This document shows positions 47,827 to 61,419 of a stretch of 64,000 nucleotides of DNA, piece by piece. The stretch lies in assembly GCA_977017645.1 (NCBI GenBank), contig OZ360241.1:70618001-70682000 (forward strand). The letters run 5' to 3'. A program made the translations under genes and the position numbers. The notes beneath the pieces are model-generated. The model made no database searches and was not told where the DNA came from. It saw nothing but the letters and a program-made list of their open reading frames with translations. Positions within the stretch are counted from its first letter, which is position 1, and each line of letters begins with the position of its first letter. The stretch comes from Torpedo marmorata. Taxonomy: Eukaryota.

Positions 47827-48923
47827 CAGTACGTTTCCCCATATCCGAAAAGCTTGGGACCGGACGGTTTTCGGTTATTGGATTTTTTCGGTTAACGGAA
47901 CAAAACCGAAAAAAAACGAAAAACAGTACAGTAGCATCAGCCGCCGCCGGTCCCCGACACCTCCCCACCGCCGTCGCTGGTCCCCAACACCTCCCCACCG
48001 CCGTCGCTGGTCCCCAACACCTCCCCACCACCGTCGCCAGTCCCCGACACCTTCCCACCGCCGCCGCCGATCCCCGACACCTCCCCACCACCGTCGCCGG
48101 TCCCCGACACCTCCCCACCGCCGCCGCCGATCCCCGACACCTCCCCACCGCCGTCGCTGGTCCCCAACACCTCCCCACCACCATCGCTGGTCCCCGACAC
48201 CTCCCCACTGCTGCCGCCGGACCCCGACACCTCCCCACCGCCGTCGCCAGTCCCCGACACCTCCCCACCACCATCGCTGGTCCCCGACACCTCCCCACTG
48301 CCGTCGCTGGTCCCTAACACCTCCCCACTGCCGTCGCCGGTCCCCGACACATCCCCACCGCCGTCGCTGGTCCCCACCACCTCCCCACTGCCGCCGCCGA
48401 TCCCTGACACCTCCCCACCGCCGCCGCCGATCCCTGACACCTCCCCACTGCTGCCGCCGATCCCTGACACCTCCCCACCACCATCGCCGGTCCCTGACAC
48501 CTCCCCACCAAGGTCCTCGCCCCTGCCCGGGAGGCCGCTCTCCTTGATGGCGCCGGGACAGCGGAGAACCAAGTACAGTGGAGGGTAAAGGAGAAATGGA
48601 AAGAGAGAGGGGAGGGAGTTACCTGAAATGAGGACAATCTCCCCATGCGCTGCCTGACCCGTCGACTTCCTCCAGTCGCTCACTGATGGCTCGAGATTCC
48701 AGCCTGCTTCTCTGAGCCGACATCCAGCCGTTCAGTGTCTGTCTTCCCGGCTGGTTCTGAGCTCTGTTATTACCAAACTGGCGCTAACAGAGCGTAAGAG
48801 CCCCACATGGGCACGTCGGGTGATAAATTCTTTTCAACTTGCGACGTCATGTCGGCGCCGAAAAAAAGTTTGGTTAATGGAACTTTTCGGTTAACGGAAT
48901 TTCGGATCAGGGGAAACGTACTG
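47827..48923. mobile_element. Tigger-type MITE carrying a 30-bp minisatellite and a Penelope-like fragment
   Basis: TIRs CAGTACGTTTCCCCATATCCGAAA / TTTCGGATCAGGGGAAACGTACTG; TA at 47825-47826 and 48924-48925. Confidence 0.9.
47940..48510. repeat. 30-bp minisatellite, about 19 copies (gccgtcgccggtccccgacacctccccacc)
   Basis: Read directly; 10-aa periodicity in the overlapping ORFs. Confidence 0.96.
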
Positions 48924-50306
48924 TAATGCAATTGTCCAAGTTGGGGAATATGAAAAGGAAAAATGTGTGGTATTTTGGTCAATCCTATTTTTTATTCTTT
49001 AGTTCTCTTCACACTTACAACTTCTTAATGTTCCATCCAGCCACTTTCGTGTTTTACTTCTTCTCAACCAGGATTAGATACATACTATTCCATGCATCAG
49101 CCACTGAATGAGCAGCAAAAATGGGAACCAGATTTCATCTCCAAACCTGGGGCACTGAGTATGATTATACTGCTGTCTACCAGGCCCCCAAATTAAATCA
49201 CCAATATGATCTATCAAGTAACACATTAAAATGAACATTAAACTTGCACATGTCTAATCACCTAATTGATTAAATGTTGATGTGCCACTCCAATAACCAC
49301 CTTCCAGAAAACATAAATCAAAACGGCAATTTCCTGCCAAGGAAAAACAACATCAGTCCCATTTTAACGTAAAAAGGAAGGCTGTGGCAAGTCACTTTTG
49401 TTTGTCATCCAACCAAAAAGTGCAAAATGATAAAGCTGTCTGAATTTATTATGTCAACATTTTGTCAAGCAATCAGCTTGGAATATCCTGCAACACAGAC
49501 GGAGAATTTTCTTTTTAATTAAGTGCAGCCTGTTTTTAAAATGATGTTCAACACACACAAAAATATTTTGGACAAACTTTCCTTTCTCTTTAAGTGTGTC
49601 CGAGTGTATGCAGTCTGCTTCCCTTGCCCTACCAAATAGGCATAAAAGCAAATCCTTTCTGCTGATGTATTTTTCAGGAATACTTCATAATTTCTCCACA
49701 TTTTATTTAATTCCATCCACCAATATGGCATAAATTAGAAGGGAATCCATTTGATGTTTGCAGAACAGTGTAGCCACAGCCCCTTAAAGCACAGAAAGCA
49801 CAGTGACATTATTCATTTTAATCATTTTGGTTCAGGTATGAACAAATATCATAACGAAAACTTAGTGGAAAATTCACCTGCTAAACACTGACGTAGGTGC
49901 GGAAAGCTTTGAAAACTACATTTCAATTCAATCCAGTACTTATTAAAATCTTATTAAGAGCTCCTGGAAAGCAGCAGTAAGAATTATGATATAATTACTA
50001 TAGCAGATTGCAAGCACAAACTTTTCATGAAGATATCATTTTATAAAATTTTAGATAAAGTACAATTTTAGAAGCACTGATAATTTTGATGATGGTATAT
50101 TGGTTGAATTCTGCAATGACTGTGAAAGACTTTCTCAGTATTCATGTATTTATGGACTGCACATTGTGTAAGATAGGGCATATCTAGAAATCTTAGGGCA
50201 CTGAGGACACGAACTCTCAGTGTTGTCATTTGAAATTTGACAGAGTACAATGACGGGCCACATGAAATGTTCATACCACGCTCAATGAAACTGTAAGAAA
50301 ACCCAA

Positions 50307-51150
50307 GATCAAGATCAAGATTCAATTTATTGTCATGTAATTAAGATAGTGCAATATTACACAAAATTTGTTATCATCTGCCGTAAGGCTGAGGCAGACA
50401 GATTCGCCATCAGCAGAAATTGTCTGAAGAGCCTCTTACAGTCAGAGAAAGAGAAGCAAAAGAGAGTCCCCTCAGAGTCATCGTGTGTCCATGGATTCGC
50501 CCCCAGTGCTCCCACAACCCCCGCAGCCACACAGAGTCCAGTCCAAGCCATCAGCAGCCCGAGCTCCAGATCTGAACCATCTGATCAGGAACCCTTCAGC
50601 GCTCTCGGCACCCTCTCGCATCCCAGCTCCGATACCTGGTCCCCTTCAGCCAGTCCTTGAGCCAGTCTCCAGCAGTCTGCAGCCCGATGTGAATCCCTCG
50701 TCCGCAGTTGCCGGCAGCCCACAGCCTGGGCGGGTTCTTCGCTTCGAGTCGCCAACACCCCACCGCCTGTGTGTTCCTCAGCCTCAGAGCCCCTCACAGG
50801 TCCGCCACCGTGGTCACCGTCCCATAGGGTCATCTCCTCTGTTTATCCTTCTCAAATGGGGGTGATCTCCTCGTTCTCTGGTGCCCTACGCCAGTCCTCT
50901 GCTTCCCCGGAGTCTGCAACCCTTCATGGCTGCTGCCGATCATAGGCGCTGCCATCTTGAGCGCGGTTGCAGTATTTTTAAATAAAATCACCGTTGGCTC
51001 CATTTTCAGGCCATTTAAAGCGTACGGAGCTCTCAGCAGTTGGACTGGGCGGTTGGACCCCACAGGAGTGCTGTGCTGCGGGTCCACACCAGCGACAGCG
51101 CTGCCATTACAGCAGCACTGCCATCTTCACACCGGCTCCGACTCAGCCAT
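50307..51150 (-). mobile_element. Second, more diverged copy of the GC-rich non-autonomous retroelement
   Basis: Colinear with 15284-16131 (shared cttacagtcagagaaagagaagcaaaagagagtcccc and ggcgctgccatcttg). Confidence 0.78.
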
Positions 51151-53421
51151 ATAATTAAGATTCTCTCCTATTGCACTTGGTTATGTCCAGAAGTGTTTTG
51201 AGCAGTACAACAACGGTGATTGCAGATCAGTCACCTGGCAGAGGCAGTGACAGAAGCAATTTAAGCCGATGAATACATTAGGTGACACAAGTTGTCTATT
51301 GGCACAAATTTAAAATGCACTGGCACACAATATTACCTGTAGCCCCTTCATTTCAGCAACAACACTGCCTTACTCTTTATTCTAAGGGCAGTGTTTTTTG
51401 CATAGATCCCCATGTGGTAATTTTTCCAAAGGGAAATAATTATACTGTGATGAATAAGCCAATATATATGTTTCAATTCAATGGCCATAGAATAACCAAG
51501 GCAATGTGTTAATGGTGCAAAATCAGTGCATGGGTAAAATCATCACAAATGGGTGAGAGACAGGAGCATACCATCAGAATGTGTAGATATATATGGCCAG
51601 CAGGCCGTACTGTGAAAGATATGTCATTTTTTGTGCTCCATGATATTTATTTTCCATTAATTTCAGTGTACATTGTCCCCAGATTGGTGGCAATAGTCTG
51701 AATCAGACTCGGTGATCCTGCTTTATTGTCAGTCTAAAGATATCTCCAGTAGCCTCAATTTGGATTTATATAACAAGGATTGTTTTGGGAATTACAACAG
51801 TGGCAATCATGGTCATTAGTTAAAACATTTGAATTATTTTGTAACATTATAAAAAAAATCATCGTACTATGACTTATATAAATAGAACTGTCAATATTTA
51901 TCTGTTAGGTCAAAATTTATTTTGCAGGTAACTTTCCAGAAAGAAGTTAATCTTGAACTCTGATGAGCCTCTGAAGGATGTTTGAACCCTGGCTAGAACC
52001 GGTCCCATATGCAATTGATCATTAATAATGATACAAACTGTGTGTGTTGTTTCCTAGCCAGCTTACTCATTCCTTGCATTGCATGGTGCTGTGCATGCCT
52101 TGTATGGGTCTGTGCAAAATTCTTTTGACATAGGCTTAGATTTAGGCATGGAATGTAGACATACCCAAGCCAAACTGAACAATCTTCCCAAACCCTGCCA
52201 AGCAGTGCACTCTGGGCATTGTTTCTGAGCTAGGCTAAGACTCTTAAGTCTGGATATAAGACTTCAGGGGGCCAGCCTTTCTCTTGTAAATAGTATATTG
52301 TTTACCTCCATTGCACTCCATTGACAAAGACTAACATTTGATGACAGATTCATGATTGGACGTAATTAAACAATTGGGAGTTTGATCCTGTCATTAATCA
52401 TAACTTCCACATATTTGCTTAATTATATTTGTTAGTGCATGATGTGCAAAGGAGAATAATTACAATTTGCCTTAAGGCTGCCAAATCAGTTTTCTTGGGC
52501 ATCAGTTGGATCCACATCATAACTGTTACAGGCCACATTAGACCTACCATACACTTTGCCCATTGGTAGGTCAGGGCACGATATGCATTAGACCTGTTAA
52601 AAGAATATTCCGTTTGATGCCCAATGATATTGGCACAAGTGATGAACTTGACCAGCAACTTTGAGAGGCACAAATATTGGGAACTGGTTTGGTCTTCAAA
52701 AGATGGAAAACGCTGCTAGTTGGAAAGGAAAGTCCATTATTAGAATAGTTTTTGGGCTGACATAATAACCACACCTCTCTCTTAAAAATATTGGAGGGGT
52801 GAAGAAAGGGGACTTCAGTAGTTTAGCACTTGATATCTAGCCATAGGTCACAGGTGTGAGTTGCAGGGTAGCCTGTCACTAGTTTGGTTCTTGTTGAGGA
52901 TGGTCTTTCTCTGGCCAGTGCCACTCCAAAGCAAGATATTGCAATTTAGAAAGAAACTTGGAGGGTTCTATTATCAAGTCGACTTCTTTTGAAGCATCTC
53001 TCTTTGCTGCTGGTCTAAGAGTGGTAACCATGGTGGTTTTAGGGAGATGCCCTCAGCTCAGAGTATGGAGGAAGATGGATGGTGTTGAGATCTTTGAAGG
53101 AAAAAAAAATCTCCCAGTTCTAATGGGAAGCTCCGTGTGTGCGTGTTTGTGTGAGTGTGTTTGTGTGTCAGTGTGTTTTCTTGTTTTACAAAGGGACTGG
53201 AACAACAATATGTAATTCATTTTTTGCTTATGGAGTAAAACCCCATGATAATGAAACTTCTTCATAAAGAAATATCTTTGTTGTTGAATCTACTCTTGAT
53301 CCGTTCGCATTGTTATACACGTAGCTATAAAAGTGTTATATTGTGTGCAATATACCAACGAAAAGTCAAAATAAATTAAAATCAAATCTCTCTCTCTCTC
53401 TATGTATGTATGTATGCACAA

Positions 53422-53424
<3 letters not shown>

Positions 53425-53457
<33 letters not shown>
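53425..53457. repeat. (TA)n microsatellite, preceded by (CT)n and (TATG)n
   Basis: Read directly from the sequence. Confidence 0.97.
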
Positions 53458-53460
<3 letters not shown>

Positions 53461-54309
53461 AGCATGTATGTCTGTTTGTCTGTTCTCCATGCAAATCAAT
53501 ATGGAGCACTCTAGAAATGTCCAAGGAGGTTCAGTAGGGGTAAATTATGATGCTGAATGTCATGACCACATTGAATTTAACCTTTAAGGTCATCTGAAGT
53601 GGCAGGAGGACAAAATGGTGAAAATGACTGTACAGCCTCAGGGAATTGATATAGCAATTGTTATGAAGTTCAAAAGTGTTTTTTGACCAGCTAAGAGCAC
53701 TCTAGAAATGTCCAAGGAGGTTCAGTAGGGGTAACATTTGATGCTGAATGTCATGACCACATTGAATTTAACCTTTAAGGTCACATGAAGTTCAAGTGTT
53801 TTTTGACCAGCTTCCACTGACTTGCATTACTGTTTATTATACAAGTATTTACTATGCACTGACTTGCATTACAGTTTATTATAATTGTAGTGACATTTGA
53901 TGCTGAATGTCATGACCACATTGAATTTAACCTTTAAGGTCATATGAAGTTCAACAAAAAAAAATTTGAACTTGCACCAAGGACACCTCAATTAGTTACA
54001 GTGCTGTGCATCAATGTACATTCAGAATAAAAATAAGTGGCTAAACCCAGTTCAATATGGGCCAAAAAAAGCAAAGCAACATTGGCAGAAGCTCTTCACA
54101 AGTCCGTAGAGTTAGACAAAGGAGAAAGCAAGAGACAGCGAAGTCTACTTTGTTTAAACCGTGTATCTCTGTTACAAAGTATATAAATGTTGTGTTTGAA
54201 ACAATATATTTATGCAGAATTACCATGAAGTTTTTTGGGTATTTTGTTTCAACCATGTAGTCAACAACTGAGTGTTTTATTTCCCGGGCAATGCCAGGTA
54301 TCCTGCTAG
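53445..54309 (+). mobile_element. Non-autonomous Helitron-like element with internal direct repeats
   Basis: 3' end has the imperfect GC hairpin cccgggcaatgccagg (54283-54298), then CTAG (54306-54309) and T. The 5' end is buried in (TA)n and followed by tgtatgtctgtttgtctg. No TIR or TSD. Confidence 0.72.
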
Positions 54310-54329
54310 TATATATGTATGTATATATG

Positions 54330-54378
<49 letters not shown>
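54310..54378. repeat. (TA)n/(TATG)n microsatellite
   Basis: Read directly from the sequence. Confidence 0.97.
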
Positions 54379-54380
<2 letters not shown>

Positions 54381-57302
54381 ATACAGAAAACATTATAGTT
54401 CTGTGCATGAGTCATTTGTGGCTGTATATTACTATTTGAAAATTTTGATTATCTTAATTTGTGTTACTGATTGAAAATGTTCTAAGTTGAAAAACACATC
54501 TCGCAGTAATCTGGGAAATAAACAGAACGTCAGGGATTCTGTTGTCTTCTGCTGACAATAAGGTTGCTGCGTTATCATCCAGTTTCCAGTTGACAAATTC
54601 CCACAAAGCAAAACCACCTTCTAATAAAAATCCAATTGGCAATCTGTAAATACTAACCATTTTACCAGTTACAAAACCAATCCAGTCATTGCATTAAAGA
54701 AGGCCTTCTTAGACCATTGTAGAAGAAAATGATTAAAGAATATGGAGTAAGTCTAGAAAATGGTACCTCCTTTATTGAATCGATGTTGCCATTGGTGTAA
54801 TGAATAGTTGCTTTCTTTGCTGCAATTTCTACCTCATAGGCAGTTGAAGAAACAGAAAATATCACAGTAGGTGCAGCTTTGGAGGCTGAATTTAAGACAT
54901 ATTACTTGTCTGCTTGAGAGAGCCTGCTCTGGATCTGCCTGTACTGCATCTAAGCTGGTTATTGAGGTGAATGAATAAAGAAAGGTATAATTTACCCCAT
55001 TGAGAGGTCCCTCAACTCATGAAATCAATACTTGAAAAATGTACATTTTTGAAATTGCTCAGATTTTGAAAGAAGCTGATTCTCAAATATTGTTGCTTTA
55101 ATTTGATTGTGAACATGAAAAGATCCCAGGTGAGACTTCGCTTACGTTTAAGGTTTACAGCTAAAAAATTCAAAGACATGATCTGAACAGAACAATTCTC
55201 CCATCATGACGTTTAGTTGGTAAGTACATCATTTAGTGTGGGACTGAATCACAAACCCAAGTTCAGAGGTCTAAACCCTCACCTATTCTGTCTGGTGCTC
55301 TTGACCAGGGCACTAGTTGGAAGACTACAGTTCCTGTTAGTGCGCCAAAAACAGTGGAAAAGGAATATGGTCCAGAGCTCTTGTTCTTGCACAGTCCAGC
55401 GAAGCAATTGGAGTGTGCTCATGTGCAGAATAGGATGGAGTTCTGGTCCAATCCTTGTACAGGAAAAGAGTCTTGTCAGTCCTCGTGCTGGCTGAGATTC
55501 CATTAAAGTTTGCAGAGGCTATGCAGATCTCACCATGAGACAGCCTGTTGAAAATCCAAGTTGTACCCAAAGTGGCCCCAATACCAAGCAGCCTTGAACC
55601 TGTTTCAGGTAACCTATTTGGCAAATCTGCTGGAAAGTGGCACGAAATGAGCCATGGGCATTTATGGATCGTGAGATCTGTCATTTCATGTCTGAGTAAC
55701 TATTTTTTGGGCATCAGACAGCTTTAAATTGAATTTCTCCCCAGTTCGAAATTTCCATTTTCGTTGAAAGTATTTGATGGAAAATAGAACCACCGTTACT
55801 TTGAAATTTCCAGAGAATGGAAGAGGTTAATGCGTTTAAAACTGGAACTGGCATTGCAAGCCATCAGTGAAAGTGTATCTAACTGTTCGAGTCAGCTAAG
55901 TATAGTACTCCCATTATTGTCGCTGCGTACTGACAGAATAATCAATGAACAATCAATCTTATTAGATTGATCAAAGAATTCTCACCGTCTTGAGAATCAG
56001 GTAAATCTCTAATTAAATTCATTGAGTTGATGACTATTTACAGTCACTGTCATCCTCAGCTGTAATGGTGCTCGGCATTGTTTATCCATACTTTCAAGAA
56101 TCAAATGCACTGCTCTTCATTATTATTGTCATCTTTATGCATTTAATTCTATTTTAATTATTTAGGAAAGAGGCAACAATAGTAGCACAAACAATTTCAA
56201 CCGAATGGAAATGTCCAATTGCCCTTTTGTAAATGAGGTATCGAGATCTTGCATGCACAAGGTTTTGTCTATCCATCGCAGCAGTTTAGGGTTCTAGGTA
56301 CTAGGCTGTGTGTCATCTCCAAATTAATGTACTATTGTGCAAAGCTCCACTTGTGTTTTTCCCCTGTTTGTAAAGGCTGTCCCAGTCTCTTTTGACTTCT
56401 GAAACAGAAATGCACTGGCTTTTTTTTCTAAATATTGTGTTCTCTTTCTGAAATGTGAATTTAAAATGCTTATAAAGGTCCTACATAATAAAAAAAACCA
56501 ATATTGTAGCTTTCTTTCTTGTTTGCTGTTATGATGTTGCAATGTAGTAAAAAAATGCCAGGTGGTGTTAATACGGTGTTTCAGTACTGAACTGTATGAT
56601 ACTCTATAATGTATAACAAATAGCCTTGCAATTAGCAGTTTGTTTACAATCTTGTGTACAGAACTTTCATCACTTTATCATGGGTTGTGGAAACTTGTTA
56701 CTAAAATATGTGCAGTGTAAGTGTGGTATTTTGGTTACTGGCCATTGTTTTTTTCCCCCATATAACATATCTAAGAACACAGTGAATGGAGACTGAGTGA
56801 AAGAATGGGTTCAGCATGCTTTATAGCACTGACACGGATTCAAAATCCTTCCCTGGTTCACAGCGAAATATACCTCTGTCTGTCAGTAATGCTGCCATTT
56901 GAAACACAGGTCACCCAACTGGCTTGTATCAGTATGTACTCTAAAAGTGACATCAAATTGGTAATATTATGGGTGTTATTGAAGGAGGAAAAAGTCACAC
57001 TGCTACAGTAGGTGTTATTCTTCTGATCATTGTTGCTGATACAGACCTAGAAAAGCACATTGGGGAAACTTATTCCACAGTTTAGTGAAAAAAATTGTAA
57101 AAAAACCTCAAACATTTTTGACAAACATTTTTGTATCATACCACAAAATAGTAGTATTATCATTTTTTATAATTGCACATAATTCACTGATAATTTATTA
57201 TCAACACTTGTCGTGAATGTTATTCTTTTATTCCTTTTCTGAAAATTAACATAAACATTAAAGATTTCACATCATGTGATATACTTGAGATTACCGTGAA
57301 CC

Positions 57303-57544
57303 ATTTAAATTTTAAATTTAGACATACAGCTCGATAACAGGCCATTTTGCCAACGAGCCCATGCCGTCCAATTTACACCCAATTAACCTACACCCCTGGT
57401 ACGTTTTGAATGGTAGGAGGAAACCGTAGCCCCCGGGGAAAACCCACACAGACACGGGGAGAACGTACAAACTCCTTACAGACAGCACTGGATTCGAACC
57501 CTGGTCCCGATCGCTGGCGCTAACCAGTACGCCAACCGTGCCGC
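57303..57544 (-). mobile_element. V-SINE (HE1-like)
   Basis: Matches the family consensus. Confidence 0.88.
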
Positions 57545-58669
57545 ATTTTGTGGTCAGTGGGAGACACTAAAACGAGAGGCCATAAATCTAAAATTATATT
57601 CAGTGAGCGAAAATTCTTTAAAGTAAAGAATGGTTGGGATATTGAATTCACACATGGAGATACTGTTGCGAATAATGAAGTATTTTATCGATGGATAGCT
57701 AAACACACAAAGGAGACAGTGTAGTGAGATTGGATGTTGAACGGATTAGATGGTCATAAGCTCTAAAAAGCATCCATTGGACAAATGGCCTTTATCTGTG
57801 CTACAAATTCTGTCATTCTATTCGACATTAAAAGACATGAACTGCCACTTGCTCTCAATGAGTCGGGAGAGTAACGTGCTAATGTGGTTCAGAACCTCAG
57901 TCATATGGCTTTTGACCTACAGACAAGCTGATCAGTCGTGTCAAAAAAAATTGTAATAACACCCAATGGTCAATGTTGGTATCAGTGAGAGAGGACTTCC
58001 AATGTGGTTCAATGTTGGAACCTTTTTTTTTATTGGGTATGAACTGCTTTGAGATTTTCTGGAAAAATGAAAATAAGAATTGGACCAGTGTAAGCCAAGA
58101 CAACCTCAGGCTGATTGATCCTGCAATGTTCTCCAAATGAGATTCCTGTAAAATGCTTCTCCTACGTTTCAAATAACTTTCTTTAGCATAATCTCTTCAT
58201 TGCTGTGATCCAACTTCATCGGTTTTGTCCCTTTGATTGTACAGCAATTTATTCATGCTAACCCAAAAATGATACATGTTTATGAGTTCTGAAAATGCTC
58301 TTATTGCTCAGCACATTATACTTGTAATCCCTTTGAATGCACAACATGATAACACTGTAATCCTACCTGCACTCTAATACCAGTAATTGTGTGCAAATTA
58401 TCTTTCTAATCGCAGTGACAGTGCCATAGATCTCCCCTGAAGTCACATATTCTGTGCGGCAGATTAGCTCTGGAAACCGGTTGGTTATGGTGGACCTTAA
58501 ATGAAGAATAAGAAGACAGTGAATTTAAACACCTTGGTCATTAACAAGGAATGTCATTGAACTTCAAAGTATGCTGGAGGCTAAATTTTCACCTATTGTG
58601 CCTAAATCTTTCAGTATTATGTAGCCAGGTTGTTCTTAAAAATTGGGTGCAATTTACACAAAAACACTG

Positions 58670-59050
58670 AGAACATAGAAATCTACAGCACAGTACCGGC
58701 CCTTCGGCCCACAGTGTTGTGCCGACCTAATAGCCTTCTCTAACGACTGCCTAGAATTTCCCTACTGCATAACCCTCCATTTTTCTCTGTTCCATCTACT
58801 TATCTGATAGTCTCTTAAAAGATCCTATTGTACCTGCCTCCACCACCATTGCCGGCAGCGCATTCCATGCACCCACCACTCTCTTAGTGAAATACCTACC
58901 TCTTACATCCCCCCTGTACCTTAAAACTATGCCCCCTCGTGTTAGCCATTTCAGCCCTGGGAAAAAGCCTCTGGCCATCCACACGATCAATGCCTCTCAT
59001 CACCTTGTGCACCTCAATCAGGTCACCCTCTCATCCTCCGTCACTCCAAG
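58670..59050 (-). mobile_element. CR1-like 3' end (same subfamily as 22918-24520)
   Basis: RYFTKRVVGAWNALP; tail agaaatctacagcacagt..ggcccttcggcccacagtg. Confidence 0.85.
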
Positions 59051-59889
59051 TTGCCCCTCGTATGTAGATGAGTGATGGGGCTTAATGGAAGTGTGGGGAG
59101 AATAAAATAGGATCAGTTTAAGAGGTTGGTTGATGATCAGCGGAGACTGTGAGCCAGAGGGCCTATCTTTCCATAGTTCTTTGCAGCAGAACCATACCAG
59201 AATGAGACAACAGACCTTGCAACCAACCAGCAGGTAAAGAGGAAAACCTGCAAGAAGGAGGAGTCAAAGAGTTGGAACTGTCGCAACAAATGGAGGAACA
59301 GAAAGGAAGAACGCATTGTCAACAATCTCTTTCTGCCTGGATTCCATGTGAGTGCTATCAGTAACAGTCACATCAATGGCACTTTTCCATTCAGCAACAT
59401 TCCACATTCCTAGCCTTTCCTATCATCATATCTTTCTCATTGAATGACACTAAACTTTCTTTTCCCCCAAAAAGGCCACTAAATGCAGATGAACGTAATT
59501 GTGAAGCCAAGTTTATTGTCATCTGATTGTACAAGTACAACCCGATGAAACAGCGTTCTCCAGTCCTCGGGGCAAAACATGCAGACACACAACCAGACAT
59601 TACACACATACAGACAAACAATACACATGCAGGACAATTGTTGGGAAGAAGTGCTCCGGATTGCTGCAGTGTCCAGTGGCTACAGTTTTCATGGTTGCTG
59701 GCCTTTAATTGGATGGGCTGGGAAGGGGATCTCAAGTCATTCTGGTCCAGGTGGGGCAGACTTTGACTGCACCATCTCAGCCCGGGATCATCGGCAGACA
59801 AAGGCTTCATCAGGATGGAGATAAAACCCTGAGAGGGTGTGGTTCTTCACCATGAAGCCACTGCTATTTCCCTAGAGAAGCATGGGAGT

Positions 59890-60232
59890 TAGTTGAGTAC
59901 AGGTTTTTTGCACCACCAGTAAGTGGTAATTCTGCCTAGCCTGCAGGAAAAAGAATCTCAGGGTTGTATGTGATGTCATGCATGTACTCTGACAAGAAAC
60001 CTGAAATCTGATCTGAATCAGAAGCACTTCAGCAATCCTAGTATCCTTTTTGAGGAATGCAATACACACGTGCTGGAGAAACTCAGCATGTCATGCAGCA
60101 TCCATTGGAAGTGAAAGGTAACCAAGCCCAGGCCCAAAATGCTGGTTACTCTTCACTTCCTAAGGATGCCGAATTTCTCCGGCACATTTGTGTCTTGCTC
60201 TTGACCCCGGCACCTGCAGATTTTCTTGTTTA
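59890..60232. mobile_element. Rex/Babar tail fragment (59890-60020, +) followed by a Penelope-derived fold-back fragment (60055-60232)
   Basis: First part matches 24866-24990 in reverse complement; second part matches 21180-21435. Confidence 0.65.
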
Positions 60233-61419
60233 GAACCTATTTGAGGTTGCAGCTTGAAGACCTTTATATAGAACTAGGAAATGTTCAAAAACAAGCATCA
60301 GCCTACAAATATAAGATGTGTGTTTTTGCACAATGTTGCATGTTGTTAAGAAATAAAAATGGAAGGCACCGAAGATAACAGTAGGAGGAGAAGATACTGG
60401 CAGTTCCTTCGTTCTCAATGGTTACATTCCAAGGACACAAAGAGAAAAATCAGGTTGGTCTATAACTACACATTCCTAGTTGCCGACGGTTGTGTTTGAA
60501 TAGTGCATGAGTTTGGACTTTACTGACTGGGCTAAAATATGAACACTGATTCTTGAGGGGGATTATCAGTCTATTAGCACAAAGTCAGCACATTCAAGAG
60601 AAGCAAAAAAAATCGACAAACATAACTTGTCTAACGGAGCAGCACGTACAGATACCGTTATTCCCTGTTTGCTAAAGTGCAAATCTTTTTGAAAACTACA
60701 TTTTGTTATTTGTTTTTTTTACAATCCAGCATTCGGGTAATTAGTTCTATGAGAGTTTTCCATTCAATTTCCTCACCCATTTTTCACATCGTTGAGGTGC
60801 TTGCAACCATTGCTGAGGATACTTAAAAAGACATAGGCAATCAGACGAGGCTGAGGGGCGTGATTTGGAGAAGACTCGCTAATTATTTCCTTGCTTCATT
60901 TGAGAAGATGTACACATGGAAATTTTAGTTCGCAGGGAAAATTCGAGTTAACATGCAGCATTTGGACTTGGCAGCTGTCACAACAACTGTTCTATCTGGC
61001 TTTTAAAGCAACAGAGGCATCTTAAATGCTTCTAGGCAACTGATGGTGATTAAGGTTCGCTGTCCAGTTCAATATTCCACCAGCACACACTTAAAGTTTT
61101 GTAGTGACTTTGAAAGCTCTCGCATGTGTGTGATAATGTTCTTTGCAACATGCCAGTGGTTTAATACTATTGCTGGATAAAGAATAGTATTGGATGGGAC
61201 TGCATGGAGCCAAGTAGGTGTTATCCAGCCCAGAATCTTGTATCAATGGAAATGTGTTTTAGCACGGGCATTTTGGGGTACCCCTCAACAACTCACCACA
61301 GTGAGTATCTGCTGGGCGACCAATCTGGCAGGCTTCACAGTACTGAGCCATAGAAATTAAAATCATCTGGAAGGAAAAGCTTGTACTTAAACAGCACCTT
61401 ACAAAGTAAGGGAGTGTAC

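Noticed and set aside
47940-48510. CRISPR-like regular repeat array
   Set aside because: The units are head-to-tail with no unique spacers, there are no cas genes, and the context is vertebrate.
47705-48683. Repetitive ORFs of 177-248 aa resembling mucin or antifreeze-type proteins
   Set aside because: They are translations of the 30-bp array inside a MITE, open on both strands, with no splice or promoter support.
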